From assembly GCA_013265495.1 (NCBI GenBank), contig MU058384.1:557622-621621 (forward strand): a stretch of 64,000 bases of DNA. Reading direction: 5' to 3'. Under the pieces are notes generated by a model. That model had not been told where the DNA came from. It did not search any database and saw only the letters and a list, made by a program, of their open reading frames with translations. Both the position numbers and the translations under genes were made by a program. Shown piece by piece: positions 27,620-41,052 of the stretch (positions are counted from its first letter, which is position 1; the number at the start of each line of letters is the position of its first letter). The DNA is from Vicugna vicugna (lineage: Eukaryota).

Positions 27620-28130
27620 GACATAAATTAAGCATCTATAAAAAACTCTATTAAGGATTTTTGTGTGGACAGAGGTTTTCATTTATCTAGGATAAACACT
27701 CAAAAGTGGAATTGCTGTATCATATGGTAAGTGCATATTTAGTTTTTAAAGAAACTGCCAAAATCCTTTCCAGAGTGACTGTACCATTTTACATCCCTAC
27801 CTATAAGTATGAAAGATCTAGTTTCTCTGCATCCTCACTGAGAACTTGAAGCCACCAAAATGCCCTCAATAACTGAGTAGTTAAGCCAGCTGTTCACCTC
27901 TGCCATGACATTCTGCTCAGTAATGAGAAGGTACAAACTATTGATGGATCAAGTCTCCCATAGTGAGTAAAAGATCTAGTCTCAAAGGTCGCATACTGTT
28001 TGGTTCCACTGTATGTAACATTCTCAGAACAATAAAATTATAGAGACAGAAAACAGATCAGTTATTTTCAGGGGTTAGAGAGAGTGATGGGGAGGAGGAA
28101 GTGTGTGTAATTATATACAGATTGCCCAAA
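27620..28130. mobile_element. Old L1 3' region with a 5' inversion (minus ~27620-27840, plus ~27841-28130)
   Basis: Minus piece 'aaaagtggaattgctgtatcatatggtaagtg...gtttctctgcatcctcac' abuts plus piece 'aacttgaagccaccaaaatgccctcaataa...tagagacagaaaacagatcagttattttcaggggttag'. Confidence 0.85.
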
Positions 28131-28419
28131 GAAACCTCATCTTTACAGTATAATGCTAATAATGTAATACTAGTAAAATAATATCATCATTCAAAATAAT
28201 GATCACTATCTAGAGAAGTATTCTTCTAGAGAGTCATTTACACTATCAATAGAAAACCCACTCTCAGATCTCAGGTATTTGCATTTTAATGAGTTTACTA
28301 GTCATTTCAACAAGTGGGCCTCTCACGAGAAATGCTAAAGTAGTTCTCTAAACAAATACCCAATTGTACACTTGGAGTCATAGGAAGATATTTCTAGCAG
28401 TTTTTCTTAAAAAAGCTAT

Positions 28420-28940
28420 TCTGTCACTTTTTCCAGTTTCCAAAATACCAAAATCAGAAATAATTGTTGGCTTAGGAACTTGGAAACTCAAGGGATGGGA
28501 TAGATTCCAGCCACAGCGGAGTTAGGGCTTCAAACAATGTCATCAGGTAAGTGTGTTTTCAATACACCTATTAGTGCATTTCCTCCTTTTGGCTTAATTC
28601 TCCGGAGCGCTCTCCCACATGCTGACAAAAATGACTACTAAGAGTTATAGCCTTATGACCCTCTTATATCCTGTAATCCTGATAAAAATAGAATGCCGCA
28701 ATCTTCATATTCATGGTAAAATTCCAACGATAACATTCATTGGCTTGGCCTCAGTCATATACCTTCCTGGAAATAATTACTGAGCACAGCAAAGAAGAAA
28801 TCACTGACTTTCCAGGGTTTTCTCATATGTCTGCCCCTGGAAGCAGGTGGACTTGGCCCCATTGGAAATGAATGGTTTGATGCTCTGGAAAGGGAGTTTA
28901 TCCAAAAGGTAATGCAAAGGAAAGCAGAAGGAAAGTTAAA
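28420..28940. mobile_element. Old MaLR LTR fragment (MLT1J/K/L-like)
   Basis: 'gggcttcaaacaatgtcatcagg', 'ggcttaattctccggagcgctctcccacatgctgacaaaaatgact', 'cattggcttggcc'. Confidence 0.55.
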
Positions 28941-29304
28941 TGTGACTAACAAGGTTAAAAATACAGATTAATATTTTTTGGCTGAAAAATCAAACTTTAA
29001 AATACATTATGAATTGTGATTTGCATGTCATTTAAAAAAAAATTCACCAGGCAGAAAATTCAGTACCTTATGGAAGACTTAGTACCATTATCCCTGATAT
29101 TTTTGAGGTGAAATATACTATATTATAACTTAACATTGTACACCAAACAAAATCCATATGTCTTATATTTGTGTATTGTATATCATCTACAAATTTGGTA
29201 ACTTGCCTGTTGTATGTTTGTGTCTCTTTTAAGTTTTTTTCCCCCAATATGTCCTGTGTCATACCAAACCTGACATCAACACTTTGTATAGTCATTATGT
29301 TATG

Positions 29305-29750
29305 TAAACATTCATTGACTCTCAGATGTGCAAAAAAATGTTTATTGGGCACTTATGATTAAGGCTCTAAAATACAGCAGAGAACAAATCCTCTGTACTC
29401 GTGGATATTGCATTCTCGTGACAGAGGAAACACCTAAATAAACAAAGACATGTGTTACAATATTAGGTAGAGATATAAGCTAAGAAGAAACTAAACAGAG
29501 TAATATGATAGGATCTCTGAAAAGATGAAATGAGCGCTCAGACAATGTTTGGTTAAAGTTTGTACCAGATGAAAGGAGCATCCTGTGCCAGAGGTAGAGA
29601 CAAGCAAGGGATGGTTGTGTGGCTGGTGTCCACCCAGAATAGCAAGAAAACCAGGGAGTTGGTGGGCTGGAGGGGAGTGCAATAAGTAGGACATTAATGT
29701 GAGGAATTTGAATTTTACTTTAAAGTTGAGAAAATTGGAACACTGTGTAA
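29305..29750 (-). mobile_element. L2 3' fragment
   Basis: 'cattcattgactc...aaatgtttattgggcacttatg' followed by purine-rich L2-like sequence. Confidence 0.6.
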
Positions 29751-29784
29751 TGTATATTTTCTATATTTATTGTAATTTTTTCTA

Positions 29785-30084
29785 ACTTTTTATTCAGTTT
29801 TGTTATTTAAATTTTGACAAATATATATACAATGGGAAAACCACACCCTGCTCAACCAACATGTCTTTCTTCTCAAAAGTTTATTCCTGACTTTCAGTTA
29901 CTCCCCTCCCCCCTACAGACAGCCACTGTTCCATTGTCTGTTGCCACATAGTAATTTTGCCCATTTCTTAGTACCATGTAAATGGGATCAAATATCCATA
30001 GACTTTTGTGTCTGGTTTCTTTTCTCCAACAAGATGTTTTTGAGAGCCATCCATGTTACTGTATGAATCAGGAATTTATGGTTT
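29785..30084 (-). mobile_element. Old L1 (L1ME-type) 3' end, interrupted by a younger L1
   Basis: 'gacagccactgttccattgtctg...ccatgtaaatgggatca...tttgtgtctggtttcttttctccaacaagatgtttttgagagccatccatgtt'. Confidence 0.8.
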
Positions 30085-33000
30085 TTTTTTTTTAGATTGA
30101 GGTATAGTTGGCATATAACATTGTGAATTTCAGATACATAATTAATAATTTGATATTTATATGTATTGCAAACTGATCACCACAGTAAGTTTGGTAAACA
30201 TTCATCATCATACATAGTTACAAAATTGTTTTTCTTACGATGAGGACTTTTGGGATTTACTCTCTTAGCGACTTTGAAATATGCAGGATGCTCTTTTTCA
30301 CTATAGTCACCATACTGTGCACTACCTCCCCATGACTTAATTACACCTGGAAATTTGTTCGTTTTGTCCACCTTCACTCACTTCCCGCCTCATCCACCAC
30401 ACATCTGGCAACAACTGTTCTCTTCTCTGTCTCTGAGCTTGGTTTTTGTTGTTTGTTTTTAAATTCCACAAATAAGTAAGATCATACAGTATTTGTCTTT
30501 CTCTGTCGGACTTACATATCTTAGCATAATGCCCCCAAGGTCCATTGTCACAAATGGCAAAATGTCAATTTTTGTATACCTGACTAGTATTCCATTGTGT
30601 GTATATATATATATATATACCACCCCTTCTTTGTCCTTTATCCATCGATGGGCGCTTAGGTTGTCTCCCTATCTTAGCTATTGAAAATAAGGCTGTGATG
30701 AACACTGACTTGCATAGATCTTTTCTATTTTTGTTTTCTTCAGATAAATACCCAAAAGTGGAATTCCTGGATTTAATTTGTATGGCAGTTCTATTTTTAA
30801 TTTTTTGAAGAAACTGCCATAGTGGCAGCACCATTTCCACTAAACAGTGCACAAGGGTTCCCTTTTCTCCGTATCATTGCCAATCTTGTGTTTTTGATAA
30901 TAGCCATTCTGTCAGGTGTCAAGTGATATTTCATTGTGGTTTTGATTTGCATTTCTGATTAGTAGTTGTGCTGAACATCTTTTCATGTACCTGTTGGACA
31001 TCTATGTCTTTGGAAAAATGTCTATTCAGGTTTTCTGCCCATTTCTTTAATTGGATTGTTTGGCTTTTGCTATTGATTGGTACGAATTCTTTGTATATTT
31101 TGAATATTAACTCTTTATCAGATATATGATTTGCAAATATTTTCTCCCATCCAGGAGGCTGCCTTTTCCTTTTGTTGATGATTTCCTTTGCTGTGCAGAA
31201 GCTTTTTAGTTTGATATAATCCCACTTGTTTATTTTTTGTTGTTACTGCCTTTGCTTTGGTGTCAGATCCAAAAACTCATCACAAGTTTTATGTAAAGCA
31301 GCTTACTGCCCATGTTTTCTTCAAGGAGTTTCAGGTCTTACATCCAAGTATTTAATCCATTTTGAGTTAATATTTGTGTATGGTGTAGAATAGTATTCTA
31401 TTTTCATTCTTTTGCATATGGCTGTCCGATTTTCACAATATCATTTATTTAAGAGATTGTTCTTTCCCCATTGTATGTTCTTGGCTACTTTGTCATAATT
31501 AGTTGACCGTATATACATGGATGTATTCTGAGGTTCTATATGCTGTCCCATTGATCTTTGTGTCTGTTTTTATGACAGTATCATGCTGCTTTGATTATAG
31601 AGCTTTGTAATATAGTTTGAAATCAAGAAGCATGATGCTTCCAACTTAGTTCTTTTTCCTCAAGATTGTTTTGGCTATCCAGGGTCTTTTGTGTTTTCAT
31701 ACAAATTTTAAAATTGTTTGTTTTATTTCTGTGAAAAATGCCTTTGAAATTTTGATAGAGATAGCATGAATCTGTAGATTACTTTGGGTAGAATGGCTAT
31801 TTTAACAATATTAATTCTTCCAGTTGCTGAACATGGAATATCATTCCATTCATTTGTGTTTACCTCAAATTCTTTCACCAATGTCTTATAATTTTTAGTG
31901 TACAAGTCTTTTATCTCCTTAGTTAAATATATTCCTGGTATTTTATTATTTTGATACTATTGAAAGGAGATTGTTTTCTTAAATTCTCTTTCTGTTAGTT
32001 TGTTATTAGTATATAGAAACACAACAAATTCTTGTATATTGATTTTTTCCTAGATTTGTTTATTCTAATTTTTTTTCTAACAGTTTTGTGATGGAATCTT
32101 TAGGGTTTTCTGTTTATAATAAATATTATCTCATTTGCAAATAATGGCACTTGGACTTCTTCCTTTCCAGTTTAATGCCATTTGTTTCTTTCTTTTTCCC
32201 AATTGCTATGTCCAGGACTTTCAATACTATGTTAAATAAAAATGGTGAGAGTGAGCATCCTTGCCTCATTCCTAATCTCAGGGGAAAAGATTTTGGCTTT
32301 CTACTGTTGAGTATGATGTTAGCTGTGGGCTTTTCATACATGGCCTTCATTATGTTGAGATATTATGTCCTCTCTAAATGCACTGTATTGAGAGTATTTA
32401 TCTTAAATGGATGTCAAATTTTGTCAAAAGCTTTTGTTCTATGTCTATTGAGAAGCTCATGTGATTTTTATAGTTCATTTTATTAATGTAGTATATCCCA
32501 TTGATTGAATTGTGGATGTTAAACCATCCTTGCATCCCTGGAAGAAATCCCACTTGATCATGTTGTATGATGTTTTTAAGGTCTTGTTAAATTTAGCTTG
32601 CTAATGTTTTGTTAAGGATTCTTGCGTTTGTATTCACCATGGTTTTTGGTCTGTAATTTTCTTGTGACATCCTTGTCTGGTTTTGGTATCGGGGTAATGT
32701 TGGCCTCATAAAATGAGTTTGAAAGTATTCCTTCTTCTTCTGTTTTTTTGGAAAATTTTGTAAGAATTTGTAGCAATTCTTCTTTGAATGTTGGGTAGAA
32801 TTCACCAATGAAACTGTATGGTCCTGGACTTTTATTTGTGGGGAGTGTTTTGATTACTGGTTCAATCTCCTTGCTAGTAATCTGTCTATTCAGATTTTCT
32901 ATTTATTTATGATTGTCTTGGAAGATTATATGTTTCTAGGAATTTATCCATTTCTCCTGTTTTCCAACTTGGTTGGCATACTAGTGCTCATAGAAGTCTC

Positions 33001-33130
33001 TATGATCTTTTGTTTTCTGTTATCAATTCTAATGTCTCCTCTTTCATTTCTGATTTATTTGAGCCCTCTCTTTTTTTCTTGATGAGTCTAGTTAAAGGTT
33101 TGTCAGTTTTGTTTATCTTTTCAAAGAACT
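30085..33130 (-). mobile_element. L1MA9-like LINE-1, 5'-truncated (~3 kb), with poly(A) tail and a frameshifted RT region
   Basis: A T-run at ~30083-30093 precedes the 3' UTR 'attgaggtatagttggcatataaca'. ORFs KAMYEKPTANIILN...RQGCSLSPFLFNIVL (RT) and [25 protein letters not shown]...GRINIVK are L1 ORF2. Confidence 0.95.
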
Positions 33131-36050
33131 GTCAAAACATTTCTGGGAGCCCTGCATGTTATCATATGAGTCAGTTGTTTCTTTTTTTTTTTCCCCTAGG
33201 TATTTTCAATGCTATAAACATAGGTATGTTTTTGAAAAATTCTGTTAATCAACAACTGATTTGTTGCCAGTCAAGGACTATTATATATAAGCATTTTTAT
33301 AAGCATAATCTTCTACATATTTCTTGGGAAGACACACTTGATTTCTTTTTGGTAAACTGTGAGTAAAACTGCTGGATCATATGGTAGATGGATACTTAGC
33401 TTTTTAAGAAACTGCCAAACTGTTTCCAAAGTGGTTGTGAAATATTACTTCCCCATATCAATGGGTAAGAGTTCCATAACAAAGCCAAATTATAATGTCA
33501 GTTTTTATGTTAGGTATTCTGCTAGTTCTGAAATGATATTTAATATTCAGTGCACAATTCCCTGATAATAATGTTGAGCATGTTTTGATATAATTACCAG
33601 TGACACATGTAAGGATACACACACACACACACACTCACTCTCTCTCTCTCTTTCTTTTGTGAAGTGACTAAAACTTTTGACCATTTACTATTGGGTTGTT
33701 TATCTTTTTATTTTTGATTTGTGGAAGTTCTCTATATGTGTTTGATAGCAGTCTGTGATAAATATGGTATATGAATTATTTTCCCAGTGTATGGTTTGTC
33801 ACTACATTTTCTGAACTGTTACTTTTGAAAATCAGAAGTTATTACTTTTAATGAAATCCAATTTGGCATTATATTTTATTAGGTACCTGGTTTAAAGTGA
33901 CAAAGGTATTCTATTTTAGAAGTTTTAGAGTTTTTGGTTGTTTGAATCTGTTATCTGTCTCAAGTTAAAAGTTGTTAATAATGTAAACTAGCAGTACAAA
34001 ATGTTTTCCCCCCAGACTTATTTTGTTTTTTCTACATTTGTTTAAAAGACTTTCCTTTCCCCACTGCACTTTTGTGAAAAATCAGTTGACAGTATATATG
34101 TCACTCCATATTCTGTATCACATTTTTATTCTCATACCAGTATTACATTCTCTGGATTAATATAGCACTGTTATGAGCCTCAGTATCAAATAAAGTCCTT
34201 CAGTTTTCATCAAGATTTTTTGCTTAAGTCTTTTAGATTCCCTATAATTTTAGATTCAGTTTGTTGATTTCAACAAATAAGTCTATTAGGACTTTGAGAT
34301 TACATTAAATCCATAGGTTAACTTGGTGACAGTTGACATTTTTTTAAAATACTGAGGTTTCCAGGAAATGCACTTATCATATCTCACCATTTAATTGTTC
34401 AATTCCTGTCAGAAATGTAATGTATATTTCAATGTAGAAGACTTAACTTTTTATTTATTAAACTAGTAATGCCACTGCAAATGGAATTAATTTCATAATT
34501 TGTTTTCCAGTTATTCAATGCTTGCACATAAAAACTGATTTTTATATAATTACCTTGTATCCTTTAACTTTAATTCATTTTTTTCTAGTAATTTTTATGG
34601 AAGTTTTGTATGATTTTCAAGTATAGTATCATACCAACTAAGAATAAGGACAATATTATTTTGTCTTCTAAGTCTCTCTCTCTATTTTTTTCCTTTCTTT
34701 ATAGTACAGGCTAGAACTTTTAGTACCCTAGGTAAAAATAGACTGGATATCCTTGCCTTGCTTTCAATCTCTTAAAGAAATCAATATTTTACCATTAAGT
34801 ATGATGTTAGCGTTAGTTTTTTTTTTATAGATTCCTTTTTATCAAATTCAAGGAGAACTTTCCTATTCCTAGTTTGCTAACAGTTTTCATTATTAACTGT
34901 CATTGAATTTTATACATCTATTCATAAGGTCATATAGTTTTCCTTCTTCCTTCTATACATAGGATGAATTTCACTGATTTTTTAAAGTTAGAACAATTTT
35001 TCATTCTTGAGATAAATCCTATTTGATCATGTTGTTTTATGTTCTTATATATTGGTGAATTCAATTAGCTGATCCTGTATTAAAAGTTTTTGCATGTATG
35101 TTCACGATTAATATTGCACTGTACTTTCTTGTAATGTCTTTGTCTGGTTTTGTATCAGAATAATGCTGGGTCCATAAAATAAATTATGAAGTCTTTCCTG
35201 TATTTTACTTTCTGAAAGTATTTGTGTATAAATGGTGTTAGTCTTTCCTAATGTTTGATAGAATTCAGCAATAAAAATATGAACTTAGAGTTTCCTTTGT
35301 GGAAACGCTTATAATGACAAATTCAATCTCTGTAACTGATAGAGGATTATACATAATTGAAAAAATTTCTTCTTTTGTCAATTTGTTGTAGAAGGTTGTG
35401 GTTTTTGGGGAGACTGATGTAACATCACAATTGTTTATGTATTGACATAAAGTTGTTTAAAATTATACCTTATAATCATTAACTCCTGTAGGATGTTTAG
35501 TAAGAAATATCTTAAGATATTGATTATTTATATCCTCTTGTTTTTTCCCCAAATTACCGTATCTTGTCATTTTTTCCCAATTTTATTAACATTTTCAGTG
35601 AAATAGCTTTTAAGTTTATTAACTAATACTATTGTTTGTTCTGTCATTGATTTCTCTTATATTATCTGTGCTTCTATATTTATGTGAGTTGTTTGCTGTA
35701 TTTTATTAGTTTCTTAACATGACAACTTGATTGCTGATAATAATTTTTTTTCCAAATTAAGACTTTTAATTTAAAATTTTCTTCTTAACACTTCTTTAGG
35801 TACAATTTTCTAGCTTTTATATGTTGTATTTTCATTGCCATTCAGTTTAAAAACACTTTAGTTACCCTTGTGATTTCTTATACATATAGGTTATTTTGGT
35901 TGTTACACACTTTTAAAGGGTAGATTTTATGATATGTGAATTATGTTCAGATATTTTATTTAAATTAGTATATTTACAAATATTTAGGGCTATTCTATTT
36001 ATTTTTATCAATCAAATTTAATTCCATTGTCAAAAAACATCCTGTAATAT
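33131..36050 (-). mobile_element. Continuation of the old L1 (L1ME-type), heavily decayed ORF2
   Basis: 'gctggatcatatggtagatggatacttagctttttaagaaactgccaaactgtttccaaagtggttg', 'accattaagtatgatgttagc', 'tgtctggttttgtatcagaataatgctgg'. Confidence 0.9.
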
Positions 36051-37864
36051 TCAGTAGGAGTCCAAAAGATCTGTCTACACCTGTTTCAGTCTTGCCATGA
36101 ATAGTCATAGGTCTCATTGAGGAAGGTTCCATCCTGTCAAAAGTACATAGATCTTTATGGATTTTCAGTTATTTACTCATAGCTGGTATTCATGTCTCAA
36201 AAAGACAGGTCCAATACATATTAAATTAAATTGTTAGCTCCTTTTTGAAGCTACAAATTATTTAAACTTTAAAGTTTGCTTTTGAATTTGAAGAAAACAA
36301 GAATATAAGAAAAGTAGAATGCAGGGTAAGAAATATTTTGGAGTTTAATGAAACTGAATTTCAATTATATCCTTGCCATCACCGTTTATATGCTGTATGT
36401 TCATAAGTGTGTGGGCATGAAACACTGGAGTAGGAGTTGACTAACAGAAAGACGTCAACTGGCAGCAGGAAGTAATTTCTCTTTAAATTTTGTTTAATGA
36501 CAGAGGATATATCAACCTTTCTTTTAGAGACAGCTATAAGAAGTAAGAAACATTATAGTGTACTCTCCATCAGTAGTGGAAACCTGCCAAATTTCCAAAG
36601 TCCTCAGGGAGTTACACAGATGCATATAATGCCCACATAGAATAAGTGTGTACCAGGTCTGAGAAACACTGCCAATATCAGGGATTTTTCATTCTCTTCT
36701 TGCCCTTTTTTTTTTTAATTTTTTTTTTATGCTGGCCTTTCTGAAATGCTGGCTACATGCCTGCCTGCTCATCAAGTGAAATAACTGATTCAAAATAAAC
36801 CCAGCATTTTCCTGAGAGTTCATTGCTCAAGTGAGAGAATTCAAGGTCAACTTCCCATGAGTTCCTGGTTTCCTGTTCCTTGGCAGAACCAGCTCTCACA
36901 GCCTTGCTGTGTCTATCCCTCTACAACACGTGACCTATGGAAATCTGTCTGAAACTAGTCAAACAAAAGACAGAACTAGTCAGGGCAGTTCGCCAGCATC
37001 CATTCTGGTGATCAATTCCAAATGCTGTGCTATCAGTTTGCTGGGACAATCAGTCAAGTTCCATTGAGCTTAATGAAAGTCGAAGTTACTTCTTCTTATG
37101 ACAAGCTTTGTGCTTACCTGTGCAGGCTCTAGATGAGGCATGAGCTCATGTTCAGTCCCAACTTGCTCAGTGACTCTGCAGAAGATGTGACTTTTTGGCA
37201 TCAAAGAATTTATCTTGCAAACACTAGAAAAAATCATTTTCCTGGATTAGCTTTTCTAGGATTTATTTTTTAATTTCTTTTCTAATTTTCCATGAGTCTC
37301 ATCTCTGTCAAGCTACATAGTCACAAATTTAGTTTTACAGGTATAGATGCTGTGTAATTCTAGATCAGAACCTTTCCTCTGTGTCAAGTCAAGATACTCT
37401 GGATCTAATCCATCACTATGACCTAATTTGTTCTTGGCTCTAAAGGGAAAAAAAAAAAGCAGCCCTTGTCGTAAGTCTAATAGAGTTGTTTCAGCTTCCT
37501 TCAACTAAGAAACTATTTAACCACTGAACTTGCAATACACTAAATGGAGCTATAGTGTCTCAAAAGAATTAAAGCCATTTCCTAACTTATTTCAAGGCTC
37601 ATTAAGAGTTTGCAGAAATGTTTTCCCAGGTTACTCCTATTTTAAATTTGACTTATCCTATTTGCTTAAATTAATAGAGCTTCTTAAATATCTTTTAGAG
37701 CATTGATAAAATACTTAAGAATGATAGCATTTCATATAAATATGTTAAATTGAGGTGGTGATTGGAGCATTTGTGAGAATGTATTTTACAGGGGATGAAA
37801 AGAGAGAAAGAATGTAGAACTGTAAAGGAGGAAGGAAATTAGCTGAACTATTGATATTTTAAAA

Positions 37865-38185
37865 TTATATTTATTGAATTCCCATTCAATATGTCTGAAT
37901 GCCAGACTTCATTCTAGGTATCTGAAGACACATCACTGAGTAAAACAGGTGAAAAGTCTTGGCCTTCATATAATTAATATTTTAATTCAAGGTATAGAAT
38001 ATGAACCAATGAGTAAAATATTTATGCTATCATATACTAGGGAAAAAATTTAGAAGGGGATAAGAGTGAGGCAGCATGTGTATGGAGGGTGTGATTACAC
38101 ATGGATGGTCAAGGAGATGTCATTATGAAGGTACCATTTGAGCCAAGAGTTGATGTAGGTCAGGGAGTGAACCATATGGAGTAAA
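37865..38185 (-). mobile_element. L2 3' fragment
   Basis: 'tttattgaat...gccagacttcattctaggtatctgaagacacatcactgagtaaaacagg...ggtaccatttgagccaagagttga'. Confidence 0.7.
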
Positions 38186-39119
38186 TAAGAAATGCCTCAC
38201 CTTTTAATATGCAAAATAGGTGAACACTTACATAATATAAATATTGCATTTTCAACTAATAACCACTTAAGTGACTGCTAAATCCCTAACACTCAGTTAT
38301 ATATTGTAAAGTGTTAGATAAAAGAAGCTTAAGATCCTCTTGTTGCTCAAACGGAAGTTTAAGCTTCCATCATTATTTTGAAAAGACTACACAAGATAAT
38401 TAGGAAGAGTGACTATGTAACACATTCTTGATTATTTAAAATTATTCTATAAGACTTATTTCTTAATTACGTAGAATATAATTATTTGTAATAGAATTGA
38501 ATTAATTTTGTAAAATTGCAGAACTTACAAAGGAGGAAAGAAATTCCAAAGAACAGAGTGAGGAGAGAGTGGGAAATCAAGGAAAAGGATGTAGAAACAA
38601 GGTTGTAGTACAAGGATGTAGAAACAGAAATGATGTGGGAATGCAGAGAATAGTTGGAAAAAATTAACTGGCTTGATGATAAGCAAGAGTTACTCAGTGG
38701 AAGTTAGATGGTTAAAGTAATGTAGGATTATGAGGGTGCTGATTCCTGGAACAAAGTATAAATGTCTGGAATTATTGGAATAAGCAATAATTGATACTTT
38801 AAGTAGACCTTGCTTACCAAGAGATTGTCCTCCTTTTGTCAGTTGCAATATCTGAATGTTCTACCCTCAATCATTACTTTGGTTTAGACATTGTTCGAGA
38901 ATTTCCCTGTAACTATGCACATGTGCAATTTATTAGCATGTGCCAGTTTACTTAATCTAAGACAGTGCTGCTCCCCCAGCCCACCTCTTTGCTTGGTGTC
39001 CTCTAAAGCAGAACTGCTAATTCTTTTCTTACTGCTACTGCTAGTAGCCATAATAATGTTCAAATCTCTTGCTCTCTTCTGGTAAATATCCCTCTGCATA
39101 GAAACATTCAAGTATTTGA

Positions 39120-40450
39120 ATGTTCCAAGTATTTCTCATATTAGCAATTCCTCTCTATTCTGTTATCCCTTACATCACACCCTGAATATCTTTATTCTGT
39201 CAAACCTCATCTTCTGGGATGGAGATCTTTGTCTCCATTTCGCTACTCCCTATGGCCCTAGCCTCCATTCCACTCCACTAAAGATCATCCTGATGGTCTC
39301 ATGAAGGACCTCCTAATTCACCAGATTCCATAAACATACTTTAGTCCTCGACTTCATCAGTTCATTTGATTCTGTTTTCCTGTCTTCCTTGGGAAGCTCT
39401 TTTGCATCCCACTCGCATGATGCTCTTCCTATTTCCGAGATCCCTGTCTCACTTTGTAGTGCTTCTTCCCATAATAGTCTTCTAGCCTGAGCAATCTCGT
39501 CCATGATCAGAACTTTACTCAGTGTAAATGTGCTAGAAATGCCCAAAATTCACCTCTGCTTCAGACTTCTGCCAGTACTTTCTGCCTTATTGACAACTCC
39601 ATAGGCTCAAAAGTAATGCAAACTCCCATTTGAACGGCCACCACCTGGAAACTATCTGCTCCTCTCCCTATTTTCTTTATTTTTACTGAAGCAGTTGTTG
39701 ACCTAGTTGCTAAATACAGAGACGTGGAAGTCATATTTGAGTTTTTGTCATCTATGTTCAATTGAGCACACAATTCTGTTGTCTGTCTTCCTAGCAGATT
39801 TCACATTTGTCCCGTTGTCTTAATTCTTACCACCTCTTCATGTTTATATCCGATCTGTCTCAATAGTTCAATGGTCTCAACATTGACCTCCTGTTCTTTA
39901 ATTTTATTTGTGTTCAGTCAGTTTTCTTTTTTGATTTTATACCAATATTTCAGACATATGAAAAAGATTGTTCCAATTCTCTGCCTAAAGTTTCTCAATG
40001 ATTTTCCAAGACAAAGTAGAGAGAACTCTTTCAACATAATTGGAAACCTCTCTCTCTCTTGATTCTCATTTATTTTCATCTTCTTCATGTGCATGCTATT
40101 CTCTGCCAACACTGAAAATATCTGTATGTGTGTCCCATTTTGTAATATTTCACATTATAGCTTCACAATATACAATTTGGTCCATTGTATATCCTGATTT
40201 CCTAGAAAGCTCCTCTACCACTATTTTTCTGGCATTATCTATGAAGATACTACTAACTTTTATGCTCAGAGACATGGTAGATTATTACTTCTTTGTTGCA
40301 CATGGGTTTCTTGCTCAAACTTATAACACTCATCACATTTTTTCACTACTTTTATTTATATTTTTCTCTGTTGGAGAGCAGTCCTGGGGCATATTTTTCA
40401 TTTTTGTATCACAAATACCTAGCACTATCTGGAATATGGATAAGAGGGGG
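39120..40450 (+). mobile_element. L2 LINE fragments
   Basis: Pyrimidine-rich L2-like sequence ('tccactccactaaagatc', 'aatgcccaaaattcacctctgcttcagacttct') ending 'tgtatcacaaatacctagcactatctggaatatg'. Confidence 0.7.
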
Positions 40451-40911
40451 AAATGTTCAAGAATATTTTGCATAAGTAGAATTTGATCATAAATAACAAA
40501 ATATATAAAAATTAAAAATGGCTGCCTTTGGGGGGAACTTTCCAATTAATGCAGAAAAAAATAAGATAGAGATGAATCAAACAGAAATCTTGTTAAGTTA
40601 CACTAGTGATAAGATATCAAGAAAGCAATATGCTTATCAAACTAGCTGAACAGTTTAAAGGACAGTAGGAGGAATAGAACAAGTGTGATAATCAACTCCC
40701 AAGTAAAATAGATAAGAAAGAAGAAATATTGACTCTAGCTATAAGAGCATAGGGCTCAGAAATGATGAAAATAGAGAACTATAATTATTTTTAAGACTCA
40801 TGATCTTAATGAAAATAGCTGTTATGTATTAGATATGGGGTATCACCAACTGTCATATAAGGGATAGATGAGAAAATTAAAGATGAAAATCTTTTACTTA
40901 AAATAAGTTTA

Positions 40912-41052
40912 TAAATAGCCTATAATGAAAAAGAATATGAAAAGGAATATGTGTGTGTGTGTGTGTGTGTGTGTGTAACTGAATCACTATGCTGTACACC
41001 AGAAATTGAGACAACATTGTAAAGTGACTATACTTCAATAAATAAATAAAAT
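40912..41052 (+). mobile_element. Young, severely 5'-truncated L1 3' end (cetartiodactyl/camelid type) with internal (GT)13, A-rich tail and TSD
   Basis: 'aaagaatatgaaaaggaatat(gt)13aactgaatcactatgctgtacaccagaaattgagacaacattgtaaagtgactatacttcaataaataaa'. The TSD is aaaataagttta (40900-40911) / aaaatgagttta (41053-41064), at a TT/AAAA site. Confidence 0.92.

Noticed and set aside
28438..28552. Apparent exon ending cag|gtaagt (similarly 4866-4875)
   Set aside because: Both lie inside LTR-derived sequence, with no evidence of use.
38585..38626. Three imperfect copies of aaggatgtagaaac
   Set aside because: An ordinary short slippage duplication.
40040..40486. Longest ORF in the track (148 aa, hydrophobic)
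   Set aside because: It starts at TTG rather than ATG and overlaps decayed L2 sequence. The hydrophobicity reflects T-rich composition, and it resembles no known protein.
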